DNA of 64,000 nt from Amoebophrya sp. A120 (GCA_905178155.1 CAJINV010000010.1:2534466-2598465); one strand, 5' to 3'. Shown: positions 50,897-62,747, numbered from the stretch's first letter. The notes: a model not told the origin generated them from the letters alone. Made by a program: numbers and translations.

Positions 50897-52136
50897 GCAG
50901 CGGCACAGAAATATAAACATGTTGGCTATTGTTTGACCACAAATGTCAAAGCCGCGCAGAGGTGATGAAGATTACTAGAGTTGTCCACCTGGTCCTGGTA
51001 GGTTGTCAGCTCGACGTCCAGGAGGGAAACGGTAGAAATACGTAAGTAGGACCGTGCTGTCGTGAATTTTCAAAGATGTTGATGTAGTTACTTTTTTGTG
51101 TAGAAGCAGGAGCACGGTCGTGAAGATGGTCGCACGAAGCACATTTCCACAGGCCGCTCCTATTATTGCTGCGTCGGTCTAATATCAAACTGCTGTATGC
51201 AAGAAAATAGCACCAGCTGGGGTGCAGCTGACCACTCAGTGTCGTGTGAAATACTTCTAAAATATGCAGATTTATTTTCCACTTGTAACTTTTTTTGTTG
51301 ATCGTTCCGCTTGATTTTATCGAAGCGGCTTTGATGAATTCTTCTCTACGATCTTTTTCCACGAGGGCATGCGCAGGTGCCTGCAGGGTGCTGACGAAAG
51401 AACATCAAGAAAGAGACCCTGCTTCTGAAGAAGATGCAACCGAGGACACCAGAGCACGTTAATTTCTTTACTCCTGGATCATGCCCCGGTTTTGATGAAT
51501 TCTCATTTAAAACTCCGATTGAAATTAAGATTTCTTTGCTAATTGCTCTGCGGCATCAGCTCTGGTATGTGTTGTAAAGCCTTTCTGGTTGGACGCTTCG
51601 GTGATGTGACTACAAGAGAAATAGGATCCACTTCATTGTGTGTTTTTCTGAGAAATGTTGAGATCTTCCTGACAGCTCTCTCTAGTGAACTTGCAAATCA
51701 GTGCGCTCAGTTCGCGTAAGCGCAGCAAGGATCTTAGTGTAGATCCACGAAAGCAACAAAAGGAAGGAGGACCATGAAGAAGAAGTGATCAAGGGAATTG
51801 TGTAGAAAATGATCCAGAGACGTTCAAAACTTGCACAGGCACTACTTGAAGACCAATCCAGCGACAAAAACTGTGCACAGTTTTCTCGAAATTAGAGCCC
51901 CCGCTTGTTCTTCTGTAAAACACTTCTATTTTCATCTTCATCATTATACTCCAGCGACCGCCTTATCGTTTTTGTACTGGTAATGTTATTCCTATTCTCA
52001 TTGAATGAATCACAGAGCACGATAGAAGTAAAACGAACTGACCAAGCACGTCGGAATAGTATTTGTTTTCTTCTCTAAAAATCTGCTTCATAGAAATCTC
52101 CTCCTCGACGACGTGTGCTTCAAAAGCAAGTAGAAA

Positions 52137-55100
52137 ATGCAATCAGCTACGGGAGGCACAATGATCTCAACAACGTCCTCCGCAGACGTTGCCACCGCAG
52201 CTGCTTTCAGCTCCGTCGGTGCAGCTGCCGGGACGATGGTCAAGGGGAACAAGGTGAAAACTGTGAAAAAATCAATGAAAAAAACCCCTTTGTCGAAGAA
52301 GGGAAAGAAAATGAAGAAAGCCGGTGGGGCAAGCAAGAAGCCTGCCTCGTCGGTAGTACTCACGAAGCAGGGAGACGCACAAGCGAAAACAGCTCCTGCT
52401 GCAAGTAAGAAACCGTCACAGGATGAATCCGTATCACAGACAAATGGTGGAGTAGCAGCACAGCTCGACGGGGAAGGAACGCCAGCGCCAACGACCAAAT
52501 CGAGAAACGCGAAGCAGCGAGCGCGGAAGAAGAGTAGTAAAAATAAGGTGCTAAATTGGAAGCCGGTGAGCCTACCGAATGAATTTCGAGCTACTTGGGA
52601 CGAAAGTGGGAAGGTGAATTACGGTGAGATGTTCGGAGTAACGGTGGAAGAGTTGGACGCAGGTGACTACGAGATTTTCGGTCTAGATAAGAAAACGCAA
52701 ACCTCTACTACCTCCGGCATACAAGCTGGCGATATTACGGCAGCAGGGAAGAACAAGAAGACGACTACTAAAGTCATGAAGAAGAAGGGAGCTGCTGGTC
52801 CTGCGACAAACAAGAACTCCGCTGTAGTCACAACCTCGTCGACCTGCTCTTCCGATGTAATTAGTGCTGCTGAACCTGCAGCTGCGACGAAGGCGGAGAA
52901 CGAGAAGCATAAAAATCTGAAGCGTGCGCGAACCGACCACTCAGAACCTGGTGGTGCTGGTGCTTCGCTGGGTGGAAGCAAAAAGTCTACCTCTGCTCTT
53001 TCTACTGGGGACGAAGATCAACATGTCAGGGCAGAAGAAAAAGTGGCAGCTGAATTATCGGATCGTGATGCACCAAGGTCTGCTTCGCAACTGAAGAAAG
53101 GAAAAGAGAATAGTACGAAGAGTAAGAGAAGCGAGAAGAAGGAACAGCAGACGTCTGCAGCACCTGTAAAACGTATTGCAGAAGTGGCAAAGTGTACTAG
53201 CAACAAGCAAGAGAGCCAGCAAATAAAGGGTGATAAATCGTCCTCACCGACCACATCAACGAAAAGTAAGGGTCGCGGCGACGAAACTTCTACAGCCACC
53301 TCCTGTCCGCCGGAGTCCGAAATCGCGAAAATCGAGAAAAATTGGAACCCGGACAACAGTCTCCCCTTCCCCCTCCACCCTGCTCTTCTGCAAGGGTTAG
53401 CGCACAAGAAGTTCTACCGGCCCTCCGCGATCCAGCAGGCCTGTCTGGTGCCGGCGCTCGCCGGGAAGGATATCGTCGGCGTTGCGGAAACGGGCAGCGG
53501 AAAAACGCTGGCCTTCGGGTTGCCCGTACTGCAAAAGTGTTTGGAGATGAAAGAAACAAAAAATCATGGGACAACTAGTGGAAGCAGGAGTAATAAAGAT
53601 GAACTCGGAGGACGACTCCAGGACCTGCAAGTAGGTGAAGAAACCACGACGACGGCAACTACAGCAGCAAGTTCTAGTACCTGCTGTCCTGCACGAGAGC
53701 AGTCATCCAATTCCCCTCTCGTCGGCTTGATTATTGTCCCGACGCGGGAACTTGCGCAGCAGGTGAAAAAGCACTTGGACGACGTCGTGCAGAAGTTTGC
53801 CGCCCTGCCAGGCAGCGCGGTACTGCCAGCATCAACATCATCTCAGCATCACGAGTATAAACAGCAGGTGTTCACGGTCTGTCTCGTGGGCGGGCTGACC
53901 CCGATCAAACAGCTGCGTTTACTGGAGAAACAACCCCAGATCATCGTCGGCACACCGGGGCGAATTGCGCAGTTGGCCGGGTTGGTCACGGTGTCGAAGA
54001 AAAACACGAATGAGGACGCGATCTCGGATATCAAATGCAAAAATGTCTGGGTCTGGAAGATTCTGAGATTACTATCTAAACTGCAGCAGCTGGTCAAAAA
54101 TGCAGGCGAGGGGTATGTTCGGGGGTATGTTCGGGGGTGTGTCAGGGGTATGCAAATGCTCCTCAATCACGAGCGGACTGCAATTTTTTGCCGAAAAACC
54201 AACAGGTGGGGTATAAACATACCCCAGACACACCCCAGACACACCCCAGACATACCCCAGACAGACCCCCGAACATACCCCAGGCAAAAAGTCCGAACAT
54301 ACCCCAGACACACCCCGGACAAACCCCGCGCAGACTTTCGGACACACCCCGGGCAGACTTTCGGACACACCCCGGCCAAACTTTCGGACTTTGCCATGTG
54401 AGGTTTGGAGCCGAAGCCCAGTCTGTCACGCGAGACCGTGCGGCCAAGGGGCGAAAGCCCTAGGCCAGCGCGGGGACTCGGTCCCCGCGTCATGGCCTAG
54501 GGGCCAGCTGTAAGCGCTTCCCGGACACCGTGCGGCCAAGGGGCGAAAGTCCTAGGCCAGCGCGGGGACTCGGCCCCCGCGCCATGGCCTAGGGGCCAGC
54601 TGTTGGCGTTTCCCGGGCATGGTGTGGCCAAGGGGCGAAAACCCTAGGCCAGCGCGGGGACTCGGTCCCCGCGTCATGGCCTAGGGGCCAGCTGTGAGCG
54701 CTTCCCGGACACCGTGCGGCCAAGGGGCGAAAGTCCTAGGCCAGCGCGGGGACTCGGTCCCCACGTCATGGCCTAGGGGCCAGCTGTTGGCGTGTCCCGG
54801 GCACGGTGTGGCCAAGGGGCGAAAGCCCTAGGCCAGCGCGGGGACTCGGTCCCCGCGTCATGGCCTAGGGGCCAGCTGTGGCTGTGCGCGCGCTTCCCGG
54901 ACACCGTTCGGCCAAGGGGCGAAAGCCCTAGGCCAGCGCGGGGACTCGGTGGGCCCCCGCGTCATAGCCTAGGGGCCAGCTGGGAGCGCCTCCCGGACAC
55001 CGTGCGGCCAAAGGGCGAAAGTCCTAGGCCAGCGCGGGGACTCGGTCCCCGCGTCATGGTCTAGGGGCCAGCTGTTGGCGTTTCCATCCCGGGCGAGGTG

Positions 55101-58100
55101 TGGCCAAGGGGCGAAAGCCCTAGGCCAGCGCGGGGACTCGGTCCCCGCGTCATGGACTAGGGGCCAGCTGTCGGCGCTTCCCGGACACCGTGCGGCCAAG
55201 GGGCGAAAGCCCTAAGCCAGCGCCGGGACTCGGTCTCCGCGTCGTGGCCTAGGGGCCAGCTGAGCGCGCTTCCCGGACAACGTGTAGCCAAGGGGCGAAA
55301 GCCCTAGGCCAGCGCGGGGGCTCGGTGGGGCCCCGCGTCATGGACTAGGGGCCAGCTGTGCGCGCTTCCCGGACACCGCGCGCGCGGCCAAGGGCGGGGC
55401 AAAGCGAACCCTTAGGGCAGCGCGGGGACTCGGCCCCCGCGCCATGGCCTAGGGGCTGGCTCGCAGCACTTCCCGCGACGCCGTGCGGCAAAAGGGCGAA
55501 AACCCTGCCTAGGCCAGCGCACGCGGGGACCCTCTCTGCCCCCGCGCCATTGCCTAGGGGCCAGCTGTAAGCGCTTCCCGGACGCCGTGCTGCCAAGGGG
55601 CGAAAGCCCTAGGCCAGCGCGGGGACTCGGTCCCCGCGCCATGGCCTAGGGGCCAGCTGCAGGCGCTCCCCGGCGACACCGTGCGGCCAAGTTAGGGGCG
55701 AAAGCCCCAGGCCAGCGCGGGGACTGCTCGCTCGGTCCCCGTGTCATGGCCTAGGGGCCAGCTTTGGGCGCTTCGTTCCCGGACAACGAACGTGCGGCCA
55801 AGGGGGCTAGCTACGAACACTCCCCGGACACCACACCGCGCGGCCGAGGATGGAAGGGGCAGAGAAAAGCCCCAGGGCAGTGCGGGGACTCTGTCGCCGC
55901 GTCATGACCTGGGGGCCGGCTCCCGGCCCGGCACGCGCCAGTTAGTTTCTTTTTTTCTTTTATCTTTGCGCGCGGCAGGCTAATGAATCTAGTGCGCGCA
56001 AGCAAGGGGGCCGCGTCCGCAGGCCCGTCGCGGGTCAGTGAATGCAAGGCGCACCGAGATACCTAGCTGCAGGCGACCTGCCTGGCCAGTGCCACCGCGC
56101 AGACAAATGTAATGCCGGAAGGTCGCCGCACGGGGACTCTGTCCCCGTGCTCGGACCTTGTTTGTCATGCATGTTTTGCATGACCCAGGATGTCCGTAAT
56201 GCACGACCTAGCATCACAGATTTTTAGAGAACTCCCTGATGCCCACTCCGCATGACAAACGCTCTCCCCGCGTAGCACAAACTAGACGCCTCTTGCTGGT
56301 CATGCAATGCAGATTTTTTTAGAGTCCAAAGTTAGCATCACAAGTTCACATCTTTCCAGACCCAGACATTTTTGCATTTGATCTCGGAGCAGTCACAGTG
56401 GCTGGTGGAAAACTTCAAGCAGGTGCAATTTCTATCGTAAGGAAATATCCCCCCTCCCCATATCAAAAACGAAGCCACAGAAATAAATTTGCAATGCTAA
56501 ATTGTGACCACAAATCGTCTCTGTCATGCAAGAAGGCAACTGCACAGGCTCCGCCGCATTATCGAGGCAGTCGGTGATGCTGTTGTGCCTAAAGCGTGGA
56601 CAACGTTTGTAATGCAAGGCGCCGACATAGGCGCCTATGAATGTCGGCGCCTTGCTTCCCAGGGTTGTCATGTGCCTGCAGTCCACTACCGCAAGACAAG
56701 TCTGATTTGTTTACGCAAGTCCAGCATCACAAATTTCCTGGCCGATATGGGGTGGGGGGATTTTTCCTTTCGATAATTTCTGATCCTGGACGAGGCCGAC
56801 CGGTTGGTAGAGCAGGGCCATTTTCGCGATTTGACCAAGATCTTGGACTTTTTGTACAAGGAAAAAAAGGTGGACTTCATTTTGAACCACAGCGACGCAG
56901 CAGGGAAAAATGATGCGAAGAGACAGAAGAAAGAAGATGACACTATTAACCCGAACGACATCGAGCTCGGGGCCCGACGAAAGGCGGAGAAACTCCCGAG
57001 GCTGCAGACGTTGGTCTTTTCCGCCACATATGCATTGCAAAAGTATCGTACTAGTACAAATGGCATGACAAATTTGCCCAGCATGAGAAACGGAATTTGT
57101 CATGCTGATTTGCCTTGGGGCGGAGATTTGTAATGCATGACTGCAATTACTACGAGTGCGATACTTTTGCACAGGATACCACCTTGGCGGATGTGGAGCC
57201 GCTGATGGAAAAGGTCCGGTTCTGCGCCGGCGCGTCGAATGCGTCGAAAATGAACAAACCCGTTGTGATCGACCTGTCGCAGCAGAAGACGAGATTGCTG
57301 GCTGCCGCAAGTGCTGCAACAATAACTAAGAGCGGCAGCGTTTTTCCGGAAAAACTGCGGTTCGAAAGACTCAGTTTTACCAAAGATGAGGACCGGGATT
57401 GCTTGCTGTGTTACTACGTGCTGCAGCAGATCGCCATGCTGCAGCAAAATAGTAGGTCAGGAGCTCCTGCTGATGTTCGTGGAGCAGCACCGAGAACATC
57501 AGCATCGAATAGCGAAGACGCAACAACTATAGATTGCAAAAATGTCTGGGTCTGGAAGAGTGCATGTTTGTCATGCTTGTCTGGCATGACTCTTAAATCT
57601 GTCATGTACGTTACCCAAGAAAAGCCCCATTTTTCTGTCATGCAAAAACGCACTCTGTCATGCAGAATAGGCAACACCTACAAGCTCAGAAACGTGTCAT
57701 GCTGAGCCAGCACTTGTGTACCTTGCTCATGATACGCCAACCAGCATCACAAGTTTCCAGACCCAGACACTTTTACATTTGATAACAACACCAGCTTCTG
57801 TCACGACCCCGAAAATGATCGTGTTCACGAACGCGATTTCCATGGTATCAAATGTAAAAATGTCTGGGTCTGGAAGATTGCCAGGTTTGTCATGCACATT
57901 TTGCATGACTTCTGATGTCTGTGATGCATGCCCTAGCATCACAGATTTTGTGAGGGCTTCCTGATGCCTATACCGCATGACAAATGCTCTTTCCGTGTAG
58001 CAAAACTTGGACTCTCTTTGCTGCTCATGCAATACAGATTTTTTTAGAATCCAAGATCAGCATGACAAGCTGGATTCTTCCAGACCCAGACACTTTTACA

Positions 58101-59993
58101 TTTGATACATGGTTTACCGGCTCTATTCCCTTTTTGGCCTTCTCCTCGGGAGCGACGCGGGGAAGTCGAAACTCGCGGCGATTGTGCCGCAGAAGGGTAG
58201 TACTAGGCGAAACAATGGTCTTCATGGTGGGAAAAAGAATTTTTATGCGGGAAATTCAAAAAGGTCCGCGAACGAGTACCCATTAAATTGCGACGTTTTC
58301 GCCTTGCACAGCAACATGTCCCAGAAGGAAAGGCTCAACAAAATGGACAAGTTCCGAAACAGCGGGGTTGTACTAGATCTTCATGGGGTGTCCTCGTCCA
58401 GAACTTGTGAAGTAGAAGATGGAAAAGAGCAGCAACAAATGCAAAGTCCACCGAAGGACGCGGCCATTCTGATTTGCACCGACTTGGCGGCCCGCGGGCT
58501 GGACGTCCCAGATGTGAACTACGTGGTGCATTATCAGGTAGATAATTAAACAACTGACTGTTTATGTGATTTTGATATTGATTCTGTGATGCAAAAGTCT
58601 CTATTACAAGAAAAAAGTTGGCCTTCTATGCAATCTATCATGATGACAAAGCTTTGAGTAAACAGAAGAACCGTTTCTCAAACATTCGCAGTAAGTGACC
58701 GACAGAGCTGAAGCAATCGTGCCGGTGGGGGTGTGTAGTTGTCATTCTGATGTAATTTGTCGTGTACTATTTTTACGTGCGTGACAGTAACTTGTCGGAG
58801 TGGTTTGCACCACAGCTCCGCCATTGCGCGTTCATTGTGCAGCGCATGCGGGACATTGCTTTACTTTCCTTAGATGTCTGACGACAGGTTTTTTGCACCA
58901 GCAGCTGGTGCATATTTCTTGACTATTATTCGCACGACAAATCTAGTCGCTCCTTATCCAAATGCGACGTGACAAACACAACTAAAGTGATGAATGCAAA
59001 AAGTGCCGCGCCATCCATTTTCGTCGAGTCGCCATTAGCTTGGCCTCGCTGACAACAACTCAAAGGCATCCTGATTTGTGGCAGAATTATACTAGTTTAT
59101 TCGGATATAGAAGACGCGCGGAACAACTTGCCGTACAACGTCGTTGAAAAGGCCGTTATTTTCATTTGCATTTCCGACTCGCCTAGCGCTCAACGTGCCT
59201 GCTTGCCTATTCGGCGCGAAATTAAAACGACCATGACCGAATAATTTTCTTCCTCCAACAAAACAACAGGCTCCGCGTTCCTCCGAGATTTTCATTCATC
59301 GCACGGGCCGGACCGCCCGCGCCGGCAAAGCCGGTACGGCGTTGATCATGCGTGCACCTGGCGACGTGCAGAAATACGACGAGTTAGTAGCGCAGAAGAA
59401 CCTTTTTGGCGAGAAGGGAGACGAACTAATCTTGGAACTGGCGGTTCCGCAGGCCAAGAAGCTCCAGTCGCTGCGGCAACTGTTGGAAAATTGTTCGAAC
59501 TTGGAGAAGCAATTGCACGAGGTGTCCAAAAAGCACAAAGAAAAGGAGTGGTTCAAGCGGCACAGCTATCAACTGTAAAAAAGTCTGGGTCTGGAAACAT
59601 GTAAACTTCTGATGCGCATTTGAGACCAGAAAAAAATCTGTCATGCATGGACCGCAAAAGTTGCTCATTTCTTGTCACCAAAAGAGGGAACTTGTCATGC
59701 GGATTAGGCATCGCCTAACCTGCTCAAAACCTGTGTTGCTAGGACTTGCATGCGAGACCTTCTGTGACATGCACAAGCAGCATCACACTCTTCCAGACCC
59801 AGACATATTTGCATTTGATAACAGCAAGGAGTGCGAGCTGGACTTTTCCGACCTTTCGGACTCGGAGGACGGAGATTTTGGCGGCGGTCACGACGGAGAT
59901 TTTGGGGGTGTGAAGAAGGAAAACAAGGAAAAACTAGCGCAATTGTACAACCAGGTGAAACAAAAATTGCAAAGCGTTTTGAAGTTGGGATGA
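52137..59993 (+). CDS. DDX24: DEAD-box RNA helicase, DDX24/MAK5-like; 6 introners and one GT-AG intron
   Basis: Q motif (FYRPSAIQ), AETGSGKTLAFGLP, PTRELA, GTPGR, LDEADRLVEQGHF, QTLVFSAT, TDLAARGLDVP, HRTGRTARAG; the GHF after DEAD and the K-rich N-terminus favour DDX24/MAK5. Confidence 0.85.
54110..54392. repeat. Short 11-12 bp tandem repeats (cataccccaga / acacaccccgg) in inverted arrangement
   Basis: ggggtatgttcg repeats at 54110-54151 are the reverse complement of cgaacatacccc repeats at ~54218-54310. Confidence 0.75.
54435..55925. repeat. GC-rich 92-bp tandem satellite, about 16 copies, decaying rightwards
   Basis: ggccaagggg recurs at 54442, 54534, 54626, 54718; unit contains ccctaggcca-gcgcggggac-tcg-gtccccgcg-tca-tggcctaggg. 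Confidence 0.9.
56433..56775. mobile_element. Introner family B
   Basis: TIR; DR atttc/atttc; removal gives VQFLILDEAD. Confidence 0.9.
57029..57178. mobile_element. Introner family C
   Basis: TIR; DR ccaca/ccacc; removal gives FSATL. Confidence 0.9.
57528..57784. mobile_element. Introner family A
   Basis: TIR; DR acaac/acaac. Confidence 0.9.
57846..58107. mobile_element. Introner family A
   Basis: TIR; DR catgg/catgg. Confidence 0.9.
58538..59269 (+). other. Canonical GT-AG intron (DDX24-like gene)
   Basis: gtagat..aacag; joining gives VVHYQ-APRSSEIFIHRTGRTARAG. Confidence 0.85.
59567..59820. mobile_element. Introner family A
   Basis: TIR; DR acagc/acagc. Confidence 0.9.
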
Positions 59994-60763
59994 CATGAAC
60001 TTACTTAATACCTTCTAACCAACGTGGACGATATTCGAATATGATGCGATGAATTACTGAAGAAAGTGATGCAAGTGCGCGAAGAAGTGAAGAAAAGAAA
60101 AACGACATACTAGTGTGGAAGAATTTCACGTACAACTAGCATGTGCGTGAGCTTCTAACCTCATGTGCTGACTTGGACCCTCTGCGACGATTTATGCAGT
60201 TCGTGTTATCGTAGTCGTAGACGTAGTCGTGCCTCCTCCCCCGCCACGTGCATGTTGTGGTCCTGTGATACCCAAGTTTGGCTCGCTACTCTTTCTTCGT
60301 TGACAAAGATTCTGCTTCCTGTATTGCATCCCCGTGGATCATTCGTTGTCGTGTCGGCTCAGAAATGTATAGTACTGGAACACCAAGAACTACGAACTGG
60401 TTCTTTCCGTGCCTTCGTTCACACCGTGCAAAACCTGAACTCGTACATATTTCATTCTCTTCGTCTTCGTTGCAATCTCTGTACGCGTTTTTCGTCCACC
60501 AAGCTGGTCTGGCCGCTGGACAACTCACGAACAAGACCTCTACTCTGGTTTTTTGGTAGAGACCCGTGTCTACTTCAACTTCAGTAAAGACTATTTGGTA
60601 AAATATTTATAAAATCAATCCAGGAACACCCCTGCTTTTCTTCGAAAAGAGTTAGGAAAACCTAGTCCTGCAGAAAATTCCAAGATAGCACAAAGGCCGC
60701 TCTTCTTCCCAACAGAGTACTTATCGTAAATCTTCAAGTAATTTCCGCGGCTGTGAAAAAAAA

Positions 60764-61108
60764 ATGAAGAAGGCACTTGTGTTCTCGGTTGCCGCCTCCG
60801 CCGCGGCGATCCAGGCGCCCACGCACCAGTGGATCGGGAAAGAAGACGGGGGAAACTTCTTGGAAGTTGACGCTGGGGCGAAGAAGGTGGGCGCGGGTGG
60901 GAAGAAGGAGATGAAGCCGGCCGAAGACATTCGAACGGCAGCAACTACACTGTTTGTGAAAACGCCGCCCATTTGCAAAAAAGTACGAAAAGACGGAAAC
61001 GCACCAGAGAAGGCGTACGCGCCATGCGGATCCAATCCTTGTTGCAGATCACAAACAATCGAATGGGCTGACGAGACCTGCGTTTGGGGTGCCTGCCTCG
61101 CCCAGTAA
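60764..61108 (+). CDS. Small intronless secreted protein with six C-terminal Cys
   Basis: Signal-peptide-like MKKALVFSVAASAAA after an A-rich leader; GC-rich coding-like codons; Cys cluster near the C-terminus. Confidence 0.6.
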   Translation: MKKALVFSVAASAAAIQAPTHQWIGKEDGGNFLEVDAGAKKVGAGGKKEMKPAEDIRTAATTLFVKTPPICKKVRKDGNAPEKAYAPCGSNPCCRSQTIEWADETCVWGACLAQ

Positions 61109-62747
61109 GAGTTTGACTTTGCAATACCAGCAGGTATAGGCTTTTTGTTGTTCACTTAAGCTGCTACCGAGCTAAGAAAAGTTTCGCACCGGGTACTGTT
61201 TCGCAGTTATTTAAGTATTTTCTAGCGTTGCCGAGTCCGATACCGATTCCATATCCAAAGCTTTTTATTGATTTCATTGATCACCTTGTATTCGAATCTA
61301 CCTGATGGAGGTATTCATTTTCGCTTAATCTCTCATCCCTTCCCTCGAACAAACTCAGTCAAAAACTTACCTGCTTTGGGAACGAACCCGCTCGACGCAC
61401 CTGATGGTATGATTTTCTTCACTGCTACGTCGACCTCCATCTATGCCTATCGCCCTCAGCATTTGCGCGTCGTTTCGCGCTAACGCAGTTGCCCGCCTCA
61501 CATCCGTACTAATATTTGTAACCTCCTCCACAACATTTTTGAATGTGTACATGCCCCCAGAGTCTCCGCTGTAATGACATGCCCCCGTAGCTCCCTCGCC
61601 TCTGCTACGCGAATACAATTCCAAAGATGGGCATAAGGAATCCAGATCGATAATTACACTCCACCTTCTTATAGTCATCCTCCCTCCCGATGGAACAAGA
61701 GAAAACCGTTAGCAACCCCCAGCGCTGCCCATCCCACACCCTGTCGAACAGGACTGCTATTGAAACGTTTTCGTGCCTCCACTGAAATCTTTCCTCAACT
61801 CGCCTTTCATACCACGACGCAAAGTATATTTCTTTGTTGACAATGGTCGCGTTTTGGCACTTATATTTTTGTTCGTTTTCGTGTTCGAGAGAGAAAGACG
61901 AAGTGAGGGACCGTGATAAGATTACTATCGGCGAGTAGTTGTCTATAATAGCAAGCACACAGTGAATGTGAATGATCATACTTTTTTTTTGAAGGCAACG
62001 AGATCATCCGCGTCACAAAGCAAAACGATCTGACTTCTGAAGAGGATATGAAGAAAGACCAAGATCAGCGCACTGCGAAGATGAACTTCCTAGCACTATT
62101 ACCTCTTGCGGAGGCAAGATCATCGGTTGTTTTTTTGTCACGGACGTGTATTTAACACGAGCTTCACAATCGACCTTATCCCAATCTCGATCAGCGCTGC
62201 ATGATTCTCGTGCAAAACCCTCGCAATTCAAAGATACGAAAGCTCCGCACTTTGCCAAACTTTTTCCGAAGATCGTCTTGTAGAATTTTATTTCGAGGCT
62301 TTAATACAATAGTACATAGGTTTCGTACAACAGCATATGATGCCTCTTCAACGGTTCCAGTTGAACCGCTCTCGGGCTCTAGAACAGTGGAGGACTTACA
62401 CAAAAGTGTTTTGTGCATGTAAATGATTTGAGGAAGTCGAAGTTTCCGGCACAGATAAAGAAAAATAATCGTACTAGACTCCTTGACCTTGTTCTTTCTC
62501 ATCTGGTTGACGAAGGACGAAGGCGGCAAAAAAAAAAATGAACCGAACCGGCATGGGACCTAAAGCTTTGGCCGCCCGCTCATGATGTGTTAGAATCTCA
62601 ACTGTTACGATGAAATGCAGCGCGGGACCACTACCGTTTTGGAGACAGGAGCATTTGTAGAGCATTTTCCACACCGCTCTGAATAAAATTGACGAAGCTC
62701 GCCGTTCTCTAGTACTACGGCGTGAAGCACACCGGCACCGTAGCGCC

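Larger units (their letters stand above)
54029..56383. mobile_element. Giant family A introner carrying a ~2.1-kb repeat cargo
   Basis: Left TIR at 54029, remainder of an A element at ~56160-56383, DR tcgga/tcgga; removal restores AISE-QSQWLVENFKQVQF. Confidence 0.85.

Noticed and set aside
54435-55925. Hammerhead ribozyme in the satellite (GAAA next to stems)
   Set aside because: No CUGANGA core seen on either strand.
54029-56227. C-terminal part of the 754-aa ORF and R/G/P-rich ORFs in 54-56 kb
   Set aside because: Read-through into the giant introner and its GC-rich satellite; the helicase continues at 56389.
4808-59993. Dozens of ORFs sharing peptides such as IKCKNVWVWK, FQTQTFLHLI, MQKCLGLE, ILPDPDIFAF and KNPPSPY, suggesting a repeat-protein family
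   Set aside because: They are translations of introner TIRs in all six frames; the conservation is at DNA level with frequent stops and frame changes.
15353-59993. Calling Nup155, ATG4 and DDX24 pseudogenes disrupted by MITEs
   Set aside because: The exons I traced keep open frames and intact catalytic motifs across many insertions of different ages, which is not expected of dead genes. This still needs transcript confirmation.
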